In this document: in pieces, positions 1 to 9,324 of the stretch
Numbering within the stretch: the stretch's first letter is position 1
Layout of the letters: each line of letters starts with the position of its first letter
DNA from: an uncultured cyanobacterium
Lineage (GTDB): Bacteria > Cyanobacteriota > Cyanobacteriia > CAKZMO01
Direction: 5' to 3'
Length of the DNA stretch: 64,000 nucleotides
NCBI GenBank assembly: GCA_963719515.1
Contig: CAVRCJ010000014.1
Location: 1 to 64,000, forward strand
The notes under the pieces: model-generated
What the model saw: only the letters and a program-made list of their open reading frames with translations
The model's database searches: none
Told to the model about the DNA's origin: nothing
Made by a program: the position numbers and the translations under genes

Positions 1-1
1 C

Positions 2-400
2 TCATCGATCACCCTTGAGGAACAGCCCGATCTGCTAGAGATTCCGGCAGTCTATCAGCAGGGCAAGGGCAACTTTTGGGTGGCGATCGCCCAGCGCGAG
101 GTAGTGGGTACGGTGGGGGCAATCGACATTGGCCCTGGCCGGTTGGCTTTGCGCAAAATGTTTGTCGCAGCGCCCTATCGCGGCAAGGCGGTGGGTCAGC
201 AGTTGATAGATACGCTGCGACAGTGGGCGATGGAGCGCGAGGTTGCCGATATCTACCTGGGGACCATCGAAGCGTTTACGAGGGCGCACCGCTTTTACGA
301 AAAGAATGGATTTGAGCGCGTGGAGGTGTCAGAGCTGCCGCCACAGTTTCCTCGCATGCCAGGGGATACGCGGTTTTATCGGCTCAAGCTAGCGGCATAG
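2..400 (+). CDS. GNAT family N-acetyltransferase (5' end outside window)
   Basis: Frame is open from base 2 (SITLEEQPDLLEIPAVYQQGKGNFWVA...). Acetyl-CoA motif A-like RKMFVAAPYRGKAVGQQL and C-terminal AHRFYEKNGF. Confidence 0.85.
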   Translation, partial: SSITLEEQPDLLEIPAVYQQGKGNFWVAIAQREVVGTVGAIDIGPGRLALRKMFVAAPYRGKAVGQQLIDTLRQWAMEREVADIYLGTIEAFTRAHRFYEKNGFERVEVSELPPQFPRMPGDTRFYRLKLAA

Positions 401-452
401 CTACCGTGTCCTAACGCGGTATTATAGCGGCGCTGCTACCTGCGAACCCGCT

Positions 453-1427
453 ATGCCCACCCCATCACCACTCCACCTCCCCCCCATGGGCTGCGGCACT
501 TGGGCCTGGGGAAACCGCCTCCTTTGGGACTACAGCCCCGACATGGACCAGTCTCTCCAGACTGTCTTCAATACCTGCGTCCGCCACGGCATCACCCTCT
601 TCGACACGGGCGATTCTTACGGCACCGGCAGGCTCAACGGGCGCAGCGAAACCCTGCTGGGGCAATTTAGTCAAGCCTACAGCGGCCCCAACGAAGACAA
701 AATTTGCTTGGCGACTAAGCTCGCGCCCTACCCCTGGCGGCTAACGCGCGGGTCAATGATTTCCGCCCAGGAAGCCTCCGCCGAGCGCATGGGCCGCGTC
801 GACCTGGTGCAGCTCCACTGGTCTACCGCCAACTACTTTCCCTGGCAAGAAAACGTCCTGCTCGATGGCCTCGCGGATTTGTGTGAGCAGGGCAGGGTGA
901 AGGGGGTCGGCCTCTCTAATTTTGGTCCCAAGCGGCTACGGCTCGCCTGCGATCGCCTCGGTAAGCGGGGGATACCCATCAAAACCCTGCAGGTGCAGTA
1001 TTCGCTGCTGTCTACCTACCCCATCGACGAGCTAGGGCTAAAGACGACCTGCGACGAGCTGGGTATCCAGCTCATTGCCTACAGCCCGCTGTGTCTGGGG
1101 ATTCTCGCGGGTAAGTATTCCGAGGACGGCCCTTACCCCAAGGGCTTGCGAGGGCTGGTGTTTCGGCAGCTGCTGCCCAAGGTGCGTCCGGTGCTGCAGC
1201 GGCTAGAAGGTATCGCCCAGCAGCGCGGCAAGACGATGGCGCAGGTGGCGTTGAACTGGTGCATTTGCAAGGGTACGATGCCAATTCCGGGGGCAAAGAG
1301 TGAAAAGCAAGTTGAAGAGAATTTGGGGGCGATGGGCTGGGCGCTGACGGCGGATGAGGTGGGGCAGCTGGATGAGGCGATCGCCCGCAGCGGCTCGGCG
1401 GTGCAAAATCCATTTCAATCTAAATAG
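453..1427 (+). CDS. Aldo/keto reductase
   Basis: GTWAWG, FDTGDSYG, LATK, VQLHW, GVGLSNF, QVQYSLL, AYSPL, PIPGAK motifs. Confidence 0.93.
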   Translation: MPTPSPLHLPPMGCGTWAWGNRLLWDYSPDMDQSLQTVFNTCVRHGITLFDTGDSYGTGRLNGRSETLLGQFSQAYSGPNEDKICLATKLAPYPWRLTRGSMISAQEASAERMGRVDLVQLHWSTANYFPWQENVLLDGLADLCEQGRVKGVGLSNFGPKRLRLACDRLGKRGIPIKTLQVQYSLLSTYPIDELGLKTTCDELGIQLIAYSPLCLGILAGKYSEDGPYPKGLRGLVFRQLLPKVRPVLQRLEGIAQQRGKTMAQVALNWCICKGTMPIPGAKSEKQVEENLGAMGWALTADEVGQLDEAIARSGSAVQNPFQSK

Positions 1428-1440
1428 GAGGAATATCCAA

Positions 1441-1944
1441 ATGCCAAAATCTGACCCTGCTAAGCTCACGCGCGTCAGCATCAACCTGCCCTTTGGCATC
1501 GGCGGGGCCGCTTGGGAAGCCGACCCCACCGAGCGCAGGGCCGCCTGGGAGCTCTATGTGGAGCTGGTGACCCGCGTCGCGGTGCAAACGCTCAACCCGC
1601 AGGAAGGCTCGGTGCGCGAAGCGATGAATTCGCTATATAGCCTGTTTGGTTCAACGCGGGAAATTTTACGCAAAGCCGGCCCTGATGTAGGGGCGTCCCA
1701 CGACTCTGTGGGGGGAATTGCGATCGCGGTTTTGAACAACGGTCTGCGGCCATTTTTGTCGAGGTGGCACCCGATGCTGCAGGCTTGGGAGACAGCGCGA
1801 CCTATGGGGGTGAGCCCGCAAGACCATGAGAAAAATTGGGAGCAAGAGCCAGCGCTGCGGCGGGAGCTGGAGGCGCTGCGAGGAGATTTGGAGCAGTATG
1901 CAAAAGCGCTGGCGGCGATCGCGGGTATTGAGGCGTCGTCTTAG
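1441..1944 (+). CDS. Hypothetical protein (167 aa)
   Basis: AGGAGG SD at 1427-1432 precedes ATG 1441. Helical protein with AAWELYVELVTRV and LRPFLSRWHP motifs; function unknown. Confidence 0.75.
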   Translation: MPKSDPAKLTRVSINLPFGIGGAAWEADPTERRAAWELYVELVTRVAVQTLNPQEGSVREAMNSLYSLFGSTREILRKAGPDVGASHDSVGGIAIAVLNNGLRPFLSRWHPMLQAWETARPMGVSPQDHEKNWEQEPALRRELEALRGDLEQYAKALAAIAGIEASS

Positions 1945-1995
1945 GTGTCGGGTTGAAAATCGAGCCTACAACAGGGCTATGCTTCTGTCGACGCT

Positions 1996-2070
1996 ATGAT
2001 TACCACCCCTACTACTACCGACTCCGCCTGATCACGGCTGCTGAATACCATCGTATGGCTGAGGTCGGCG
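1996..2070 (+). pseudogene. 5' remnant of a Uma2-family endonuclease gene
   Basis: ATG at 1996, then in a shifted frame LRLITAAEYHRMAEVG, typical of a cyanobacterial Uma2 N-terminus. The rest of the gene is absent. Confidence 0.5.
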
Positions 2071-2172
2071 GAGTGCTTTGGGGTGTTGTAGCTGACCTCA
2101 ATGCCCTGACCGACAGAGAAAAAGCAGGTAAATTAGGGGAATGCGGACTTATCATTTGGGAGCGCCCTCTCC

Positions 2173-3237
2173 ATGACGGAGCAGTTTGATGTCTTTCTGT
2201 GCCACAACAGCGAAGATAAGCCTGCCGTCATTGAAGTCGCCCGGCAGCTTCGGCAATTTGATTTGCTGCCCTGGCTAGACGTATGGGAGCTGCAGCCGGG
2301 TGCGATTTGGCAGTTTGCGCTGGAGCAGCAAATTGAGAATATTGGCGCTGCCGCTGTATTTGTGGGTAAGGAAGGGTTGGGGCCTTGGCAGAGCGAGGAG
2401 ATCTATGCGTTTTTGCAGGAGTTTATCCGGCGCAAGTGCCCGGTAATTCCGGTGATGCTTTCTGATGCGCCGAAGCAGCCGCGATTGCCCATCTTTTTGC
2501 GTAGCCGACATTTTGTAGATTTTCGCAAGGCGGAGCCTGACCCGCTAAAGCAGCTTATTTTTGGGATTACGGGGCAGCGACCAGAAGGCTCTTCAAATAC
2601 GGCAGCAACCATTCCTGTTTACGACGTGCGCGACGTCCAGTCTCCGGAGGTGAATTCGGAGGTAGAGGCGCTGCGTCGGGAACTAGAAGCCCTAAAGGCT
2701 CAGCAGGCGTCGCCGATGGAGTCTTTCAAGGCTGAGACGCAGACCTCGCTAGTCGAGGATGAGTTGTCGTCAGAAAAGGGCGTTGACTATACGCGCTTGC
2801 GCGATTTATTAAAGGCGGGGAAGTGGAAGGACGCGGACTATGAGACCTATCTGCGAATGCTGGAAGCGGTAGGGCAGGAGGAAGGGGACTGGATTCGCCC
2901 AGAAGGGTTGCTGAAATTTCCCTGCGCTGACCTTAAAACTATCGATCGCCTGTGGGTGAAACATAGCAAGGGCAGATTCGGCTTTAGCGTGCAAAAGGAA
3001 ATTTATGTTCAGTGTGGCGGAAAACTCGATGGTGAATACCCTAGTGATAAAATCTGGGAGGAGTTTTGCGATCGCGTCGGATGGAAAGCGAAAGGTTCCT
3101 ATATCTCGTACTCACAAGTGACATTTAGCACTTTGGCCCAAAGAGGGCACCTGCCGGTGTTGAGGAAAGGGCGGGTGGGCGTGAATATCGGGTGGAAGTT
3201 GGTTTTGGGTTCTCTTTTCTCGCATCCAGACTTGTAA
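2173..3237 (+). CDS. TIR domain + coiled coil + GUN4-like domain protein
   Basis: N-terminal FDVFLCHNSEDK...WLDVWEL...GPWQSEEI (TIR_2-like). C-terminal DYTRLRDLLKAGKWKDAD...FPCADLKTIDRLWVKHSKGRFGFSVQ...GHLP (GUN4-like). Confidence 0.88.
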   Translation: MTEQFDVFLCHNSEDKPAVIEVARQLRQFDLLPWLDVWELQPGAIWQFALEQQIENIGAAAVFVGKEGLGPWQSEEIYAFLQEFIRRKCPVIPVMLSDAPKQPRLPIFLRSRHFVDFRKAEPDPLKQLIFGITGQRPEGSSNTAATIPVYDVRDVQSPEVNSEVEALRRELEALKAQQASPMESFKAETQTSLVEDELSSEKGVDYTRLRDLLKAGKWKDADYETYLRMLEAVGQEEGDWIRPEGLLKFPCADLKTIDRLWVKHSKGRFGFSVQKEIYVQCGGKLDGEYPSDKIWEEFCDRVGWKAKGSYISYSQVTFSTLAQRGHLPVLRKGRVGVNIGWKLVLGSLFSHPDL

Positions 3238-3421
3238 AGTGTAAAGCATAAGCGCTTCAGAATTTTCAAAAGATTTATTTCAGCTGCCACAAGTCATGAA
3301 GAATCAGGGTTTGCCCGATCCGATACCTGGCACCTAGGGGCATGGGGCATCCGAGAAAGTGCGTAGTTTGTTGCAAAGAGAGGTTCTATAATCCTCTAGA
3401 AATCAGACCTTAAGCTCAGAA

Positions 3422-4195
3422 CCCCTCAGAATTGGGGGGCAGGGGGGCCTCCGAAGTTCAACGCTTTGCTAGCCCCCTAAATCCCCCAATTCTGGGGGAC
3501 TTCGGAGAGGTTTATCCCTAAAATTAGAATAGAATTACTTTTTACTTAAATCATTAGAGGCATACTCTGAAAAGGTTGCTTGCCTAATTTCATCTAGAAC
3601 TGTCTCTAAGTCATTCATGACTGCTTGATTGGTAAATCGTAGGACCTTGTATCCGTATTGCTCAAGGTATTCAGTCCTTGCATCGTCATATTGCTCTTGT
3701 TGTTGGTGATAGTCTCCATCAACTTCGATAACTAATTTGTGAGAGGGACAGTAAAAGTCGAGGATGAAGTTCCCGACGGGATGCTGTCGCCTGAACCGTA
3801 GGCCGTCGAGTTTTTTATTTGAGATGGCTTGCCACAAACGAGTTTCTGTTAGGGTAGGATTTTTACGGAGTTCTCGGGCAGCTTGTCGTATGGCTGGCGA
3901 ATTTTCTCGGATATGCCGGGATTGGGAAACGGCTTTTCTTCTATGCATAAATAAGCTTCAGAGTCTGACGTTTATATCAAAGTCATCGATTAGAAGTTTG
4001 ACTCATCTATAGCCCCCTAAATCCCCCAATTGAGAGGACTTCAGAGAGGTTAGAACTCCTTAAAGTCAATAGCCGCGAATAGTATGGCCACTGCTCCGGT
4101 TCCCCCAGAATTGGGGGTTAGGGGGCCTCCAGAGCGTGCAGCTCGATTACGAAATATTTCGCCAGTGGTATCAGAATTGGGGGGCAGGGGGGCTT
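3422..4195. repeat. Five REP-like GC-rich palindromic repeats (CCCCCTAAATCCCCCAATTCTGGGGGACTT family) flanking the DUF559 gene
   Basis: Copies at about 3422-3449 (reverse), 3471-3511, 4011-4050, 4102-4130 (reverse) and 4171-4195 (reverse). 3471 and 4011 share AGCCCCCTAAATCCCCCAATT. Confidence 0.85.
3535..3948 (-). CDS. DUF559 / Vsr-like PD-(D/E)xK endonuclease
   Basis: ARELRKNPT.TE..LW, FRRQHPVGNFILDFYC, LVIEVDGDYH, DDARTEYL..GYKVLRF. Confidence 0.92.
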   Translation of the reverse strand: MHRRKAVSQSRHIRENSPAIRQAARELRKNPTLTETRLWQAISNKKLDGLRFRRQHPVGNFILDFYCPSHKLVIEVDGDYHQQQEQYDDARTEYLEQYGYKVLRFTNQAVMNDLETVLDEIRQATFSEYASNDLSKK

Positions 4196-4287
4196 CAAGG
4201 ATTGGGCGAGCGCGAAACAAGTCATCCATAGCGTCTTCACCCATTACCTCACCGCCAACCTAGCTATCCCAAAACCCAAAACAGTAT

Positions 4288-4515
4288 CTACACCTCATCC
4301 CCCAAATACCGATCCGCGAACGCCTTCGCCGCCTCAGGATCGATCGCCTTCAGCGCCCTGACAATCTCCAAAACCGTCTCCGCCGTTGGGTCACGCTTTT
4401 CATTTACCCAACGGTAGACGTTGTTGCGCTCAACATCTAGCTCAACAGATAACCGATATTGACTAATCTGATACTCCTCAAGCACTTGCTTGAGCGCCTG
4501 CCCTGCTTTTCCCAT
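4288..4515 (-). CDS. XRE-family HTH transcriptional regulator (copy 1)
   Basis: MGKAGQALKQVLEEYQISQYRLSVELDVERNNVYRWVNEKRDP. Paralogous to 60114 and 61216; start at ATG 4515 chosen by alignment. Confidence 0.88.
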   Translation of the reverse strand: MGKAGQALKQVLEEYQISQYRLSVELDVERNNVYRWVNEKRDPTAETVLEIVRALKAIDPEAAKAFADRYLGDEV

Positions 4516-4631
4516 GGCAACCATCGTGTCAGAGGATTACAACCTATCAAACAACCCTGTGGTTGACAGAGCACTTAATGGATGACAACATGATGTCGTT
4601 GTAATGGATGACGTTTAACTACGCTATGACT

Positions 4632-6113
4632 GAATGGCACTGACATAAGCTGTATCAGGCTGCCAGTTTAGCTTTGAGGACAGAACGCGGTTGCTGCATG
4701 CGAGGAAAAGGCTTGGGTCTGCGTTTGACCACTCTCGGTTCGTGGCGATTGGGGCGAAAGGGAACGATGAGCTGAGCAATCAGACGCAGCAATATCTGAT
4801 ACTGCTGGGAGCGTTGCTGGTGGGTTGCGCCAATAAATGCAGGACGGGCGTGATTCAGCTGCTGTCTTGTGCCCTGCAGCGACAAGCGCAATGCCGCTGC
4901 TGTTGAGCGCTCCGAGGCTTGCCACATCAAGGTGCGCAGCAGATTGTAGGCGAGCAGGTGCATCCATAGGTCCTTTTTGACCATCTGTGGGGTCTTGGCT
5001 GCAATCATCTCCATGCCTAGGGTGGTTTTGAGGTGCTTGAGGTTGACCTCAGTGGCCTGCCAGCGCTGGTGATAGAGGTCAATGAGCTTGGCCTTTGGAT
5101 AGCGTTTGGGATCGCTTAAGGTGGTCACCACAATGATCTCAGTTGGCCGAAATCCGCGCTGAGTAATCAGTAGATGCACTTCCCTCACCTCCAGATACAA
5201 CGGCAGCGACTCAAACGCTGCGCTGCTCATTGAGGCTGGACAGCGGGCGGGGCGCTGCCAAACGACCCGGTGGTCGCCAATGCCCAGCTTCTTGCCTCGG
5301 CGAAAGTCGCAGCGGCGAGCATGATGCTTGCGAAACACTCCATCAGCACCAGCCGCCTGGACAAGCGCTAAGTCAGCATAGGTGCCATAGGCGGAATCAG
5401 CTACCACCACATCCTCTGGAGCCAAACAGGCATACAGTTGCCGCGCCAGTTGCCATTCGCTGGTGCCAAACGGAGCAATGGCCGCTTCGAGTACCGCTCC
5501 ACTGGTCAGACAAAACCACACCACCACCCGGGCGATGGGAAACCCACAGCCGGGCTTTTGCGTACTCACCTGCGGATATTCCGCCTGATTGGCAGCAGTA
5601 TCGCTCATCTGTACTCCGGTGCCATCAAACGCTTTCACCCGTCTGCCACACCAGTACTGCTCAACTGGTACTTGCGCGTGTAGGGCACTCGCGCTGCGCT
5701 TGAGTAACGATGGGAGAATCGCCCAGGGCAGCCGTTTGCGGGCTTTGCTATACCCTCCAGTATCCGATGACGGCACCGCCTCACCTGTCATCGCCATCCA
5801 GGTGGTCACCCGCTTGACTGCGTTGCTCAGGCTGCTGTCACCATCTATCACTTGCGATATCCACGCCCACACAACCACCATCGGCGTGTAAAGCACTTGT
5901 CGATAAGTTACTTGGTGTTCCTCTAGCACCTGGGCAATTTGAGATTCGCTGAGCACCTGGGCAAACGGCAGGCCCAGACTGTTTTGGTATTGCTGCTTGA
6001 GAATTTCGGCTCGATTCGGCATAGTAGAGACAGTATTTTGTGGCTTTGATCCCCTGATTGTCCCTAATCATGGGGCTCGAAGCCTTTTTTTGTCTCTTAC
6101 GTCAGTGCCATTC
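4632..6113 (-). mobile_element. Complete IS4-family insertion sequence (1482 bp)
   Basis: TIRs GAATGGCACTGACATAAG (4632-4649) and CTTACGTCAGTGCCATTC (6096-6113) match 17/18. 10-bp TSD CGCTATGACT at 4622-4631 and 6114-6123. Confidence 0.95.
4655..6022 (-). CDS. IS4-family DDE transposase
   Basis: YSKARKRL, KAFDGT, VVADSAYG, LYHQRWQATEVNLKHLK (YREK-like), C-terminal RPNRHEPRVVKRRPK. Confidence 0.95.
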   Translation of the reverse strand: MPNRAEILKQQYQNSLGLPFAQVLSESQIAQVLEEHQVTYRQVLYTPMVVVWAWISQVIDGDSSLSNAVKRVTTWMAMTGEAVPSSDTGGYSKARKRLPWAILPSLLKRSASALHAQVPVEQYWCGRRVKAFDGTGVQMSDTAANQAEYPQVSTQKPGCGFPIARVVVWFCLTSGAVLEAAIAPFGTSEWQLARQLYACLAPEDVVVADSAYGTYADLALVQAAGADGVFRKHHARRCDFRRGKKLGIGDHRVVWQRPARCPASMSSAAFESLPLYLEVREVHLLITQRGFRPTEIIVVTTLSDPKRYPKAKLIDLYHQRWQATEVNLKHLKTTLGMEMIAAKTPQMVKKDLWMHLLAYNLLRTLMWQASERSTAAALRLSLQGTRQQLNHARPAFIGATHQQRSQQYQILLRLIAQLIVPFRPNRHEPRVVKRRPKPFPRMQQPRSVLKAKLAA

Positions 6114-6117
6114 CGCT

Positions 6118-6405
6118 ATGACTCCTTCTACCACCCCAGCCCATCAAAGCTTCCTGTCCGAAATTCCCACAGCCCAATCCTCAGCCCTCGAATCACCCCT
6201 CCAGCTCTATTCCCACCCGCAAGAAGGTCGCGAGCCCGTCAAAATCCTGATCATCGGCAGCCGCCCCGGCGTCAACACCATCGTCCATCGCCTCCACCAG
6301 GTCCGCTTCGCCGAAGTCTTCGAATGGACCCACTTCCTCGACGTCCCCCCAGCCCTCAACACCCAACCTCACGAAACCATGAAGGTACTAATTCGGTACC
6401 TATAA
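6118..6405 (+). CDS. Small uncharacterised cyanobacterial protein, divergent partner of XRE copy 1
   Basis: ATG lies within the right TSD. KILIIGSRPGVNTIVHRLHQVRFAEVFEW aligns with QIMLIGATAWVKNMIAQLYSARIAEVGSW of 59749-59994. Confidence 0.75.
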   Translation: MTPSTTPAHQSFLSEIPTAQSSALESPLQLYSHPQEGREPVKILIIGSRPGVNTIVHRLHQVRFAEVFEWTHFLDVPPALNTQPHETMKVLIRYL

Positions 6406-6531
6406 ATGCAGCCGTAAATGCAAGACGTATAGCTCAGCCCAAAAAGCCCACAAAACAAGCGATCGCTCCTACCCAGCTCAGAATCCAGCCGCGCCCAAGC
6501 CCCCCAGCCTCCACCAGCAGACCCTTTTGGA

Positions 6532-6592
6532 GGGGGCCTGGGGGACGCAATCGTCCTCCAGAAGCGGGGGTTTGGGGGCAGGCCGCCCCCAA
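6532..6592. repeat. Pair of GC-rich REP-like hairpins
   Basis: GGGGGCCTGGGGGACG-CAAT-CGTCCTCCA and GGGGGTTTGGGGGC-AGGCC-GCCCCCA between convergent genes. Confidence 0.6.
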
Positions 6593-6703
6593 GACAATCG
6601 GCACAGGCGCAGCCAAACCCTGCAGCTTCAGGGCGTCACCCTACGCCAACGACACCCCACACCGTGGCTCTAGTGCGTCACGCTAAGCTGACATTCTACG
6701 GAC

Positions 6704-8455
6704 TCAAACCTTCGCCTCTGGCCGATCTCCAAGGGCGATCGCCTTCCCCACCTGAGGGTGTCCCCAGATTATCGTCTCCTCCTTATAAATCACCATCCCC
6801 GGCTTCGCCCCCTTCGGCTTATACACATGCTTCAGGTCCGTATACACCACCGGAGCCTGCTCACCCTCACGGGCGCGGCTGTGGTAGGCCGCCAAATCCG
6901 CCGCCTGCTGTAAATCCGCTGCTTGCGCCACCGCGCCGGGGTCTAGTCGCAGCAGCAAATGGCTTCCCGGAATCTCCTGGGTGTGGAACCACAGATCGTA
7001 CTCGGTAGCCACCTTAAAGGTCAGCTCGTCGTTTTGGCGGTTGTTGCGGCCCACCACAATATCAAAGCCGCTCGGAGACCGATAGCGGTGAAACTGCGTC
7101 TTCTCCGTACGAACCTGGCGCGAGGCTTCGTTGAGGTAGCCTTGCTGCTGCAGCTCCTCTTGGGTATCCCGCAGGGACGCTAGGTCGTCGGGGACCTGAT
7201 AAGTCTCCGGCTGAGCGATTGCCACCTCCACCTGCTCTAGGTAGGCTATCTCCGTCTCTACATCCTGCAGCAGCGGCTCGATGGCCCCCCGCGATCGCTT
7301 CATTTTCTGGTGGCGCTTGTAGAAGGCTTGGGCGTTCTGCACCGCGTTCTTTGTGGGGTTAAGGGGAATTTCTACGGGCTTCTCCGTCTCGAAGTCCGCG
7401 AGCTGAATGGCGGTCATGCCCGGCTGCCACTCGTGCAGATAGGCCATCAGCAAGTCTGCCCGCTCCCGATACTCGTCAGCTCGGTCAGACTGCTGCAGCC
7501 GCTGCCGGAAGTCAGTCGCCTTCACCCGCAGCTTTTTGAGCAGATTGGCGAGCTTTTGCTGCAGCTGGTGGCGCAGCTGGGCAAACTCCTGCTGGTTGAG
7601 CTGATCCCGGTAATACTGGGCCACCAGCGCCTGTACCGACGGCGCAGGGACTGTGGGGGCGATCGCCGTCCAGGGCATCACCGTATAGCCCGACTCCAGC
7701 CAGCCTGGAGCAAACGTCTTCTTCTCTAGAGTGTGCAGCCACTCCCGCCAACAGACAAACAGCCGCGCCCAGTCCGACGGATCGAGGTCATCTGTAGACT
7801 GATCGGGGTCCAGGCCAGCAGCTTGAGCCATCTGCCGCGTCAAAGACGGACTGAGGCCCCGGTAGGTCTTGAGCAGCATTTTCCAAAGCTTTCCGGGCAC
7901 TAGGCCGACGCGCTCTTGCCAGTGGGATTGGGGCTCATCGAGCTTTGGCTGAGGGTCGCGTAGCGCAGGGGGAGGCTGGTAAGGCTGACCCGTTTGAATT
8001 GTTCTGACGCTTGACTGCTGCGTTCCTACCTGGTGGGCAGCTGTGACGATTTGCTGATCGGCTGTTGTCAGAATAATATTGCTGTACTTGCCCATAATCT
8101 CAATATAGAGATGCCATAGGCATACCTCGTCGGGGCGGCGGGCAAAGCGCAAATCAACGATTCGCTCCCAGGGCGATGTCTCAATCGATACAAGGGCCAG
8201 GCCACCCAGCTGGTGGCGGAGCTGTTGACTAAAGGTAAAAGTGTCAGGGACCTTTGGCGGCGGCGTATCGAGACAGAGACGGGCCGATTGAGGGTGCCAC
8301 GATGCCGTCAGCCAGCCGCGCCCCTTCAGGGTTCGCAGGGCCAGCGCAATAGTGAAGCGATCGCGCTGATAGACCTGCTCTAGACGAGACGGCAACCAAT
8401 CTTGGCGCAGCTCAGCACAAAGCGCTGTCAGTGTTGTAAAGTCGACGGTCTGCAC
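6704..8455 (-). CDS. rqcH: NFACT/RqcH (FbpA-like) ribosome quality-control protein
   Basis: LYIEIMGKYSNIIL, NAQAFYKRHQK, VGRNNRQNDEL, WFHTQEIPGSHL, KPKGAKPGMVIY. Confidence 0.9.
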   Translation of the reverse strand: MQTVDFTTLTALCAELRQDWLPSRLEQVYQRDRFTIALALRTLKGRGWLTASWHPQSARLCLDTPPPKVPDTFTFSQQLRHQLGGLALVSIETSPWERIVDLRFARRPDEVCLWHLYIEIMGKYSNIILTTADQQIVTAAHQVGTQQSSVRTIQTGQPYQPPPALRDPQPKLDEPQSHWQERVGLVPGKLWKMLLKTYRGLSPSLTRQMAQAAGLDPDQSTDDLDPSDWARLFVCWREWLHTLEKKTFAPGWLESGYTVMPWTAIAPTVPAPSVQALVAQYYRDQLNQQEFAQLRHQLQQKLANLLKKLRVKATDFRQRLQQSDRADEYRERADLLMAYLHEWQPGMTAIQLADFETEKPVEIPLNPTKNAVQNAQAFYKRHQKMKRSRGAIEPLLQDVETEIAYLEQVEVAIAQPETYQVPDDLASLRDTQEELQQQGYLNEASRQVRTEKTQFHRYRSPSGFDIVVGRNNRQNDELTFKVATEYDLWFHTQEIPGSHLLLRLDPGAVAQAADLQQAADLAAYHSRAREGEQAPVVYTDLKHVYKPKGAKPGMVIYKEETIIWGHPQVGKAIALGDRPEAKV

Positions 8456-8595
8456 GGGTAATGTTTAGCGATTGTCAGCAACAGATCCCTACACGAACAA
8501 GATTCAGTAAATTACGCACCATATCTTGGATATTACGCAGAATATCGCCAGAATGGTATCAAATTTAACTCCTGCGCCTGTAAGCTTAAATTGCT

Positions 8596-8859
8596 ATGGA
8601 TATTAAGCTAATCAACATTGGATTCGGCAATATCGTCTCTGCTAACCGCGTTATTGCGATTGTTAGTCCGGAGTCAGCTCCCATCAAGCGTATCATTAGT
8701 GATGCCCGAGAGCGAGGAGAGCTGATCGACGCCACCTACGGTCGCCGTACGCGGGCTGTCATCGTCACAGATTCAGGGCATATTGTTCTGTCGGCAATTC
8801 AGCCGGAAACCGTCGCCCATCGCTTTGTCAGCAACAAGGAGTATACAAACGGCCAGTAA
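8596..8859 (+). CDS. remA: RemA / DUF370 family protein
   Basis: [28 protein letters not shown]...[14 protein letters not shown]...LSAIQPET. Confidence 0.92.
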   Translation: MDIKLINIGFGNIVSANRVIAIVSPESAPIKRIISDARERGELIDATYGRRTRAVIVTDSGHIVLSAIQPETVAHRFVSNKEYTNGQ

Positions 8860-9324
8860 GCGGTACCATACCGCCCTGTAGTAAGGTGTCTTAGGTTAAC
8901 TTTCCGGTAAGTATAGAGGTTTGGGTAAGAAATAGGTTGTTTTGTGCATCTGAATCCCAGAATAATCCAGTGTGGGCCTATGCCTTTTGGTACAATACGG
9001 ACACAAATCGGTGTGGCAACCGATTTACATCCGCTATGGGCCTATGCATTAATCTACTTAGGCCGTAGTCTGATTAGGCCGTAGTCTGAGTCCGTAGTCT
9101 GGAGCGGCATGATTCGAAACAATACGGTTTGAGCAATACACCACTGCATCACAACCCGTCAGGGAGCTCTTGATATAGGCATTGAGTGTAGCAACTCAAC
9201 GGTCCGCGTTACATAAGTTTTATGTCTGTATCCACGTTTATTGTAATTTCGCAGCGTAGTTACTAATAGTGACAACGATGCTTCCCTATGTGAAATAGGA
9301 CACGATCTACCCAAGGTTGCGCAC

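Noticed and set aside
1953..2189. 78-aa ORF as an intact gene
   Set aside because: Only about 16 codons resemble a Uma2 N-terminus; treated as a remnant.
5997..6686. 229-aa Pro/Arg-rich ORF and similar overlapping or antisense ORFs (e.g. 23060-23764, 18024-18596)
   Set aside because: Shadow frames of real genes or GC-rich repeats with no protein-like motifs.
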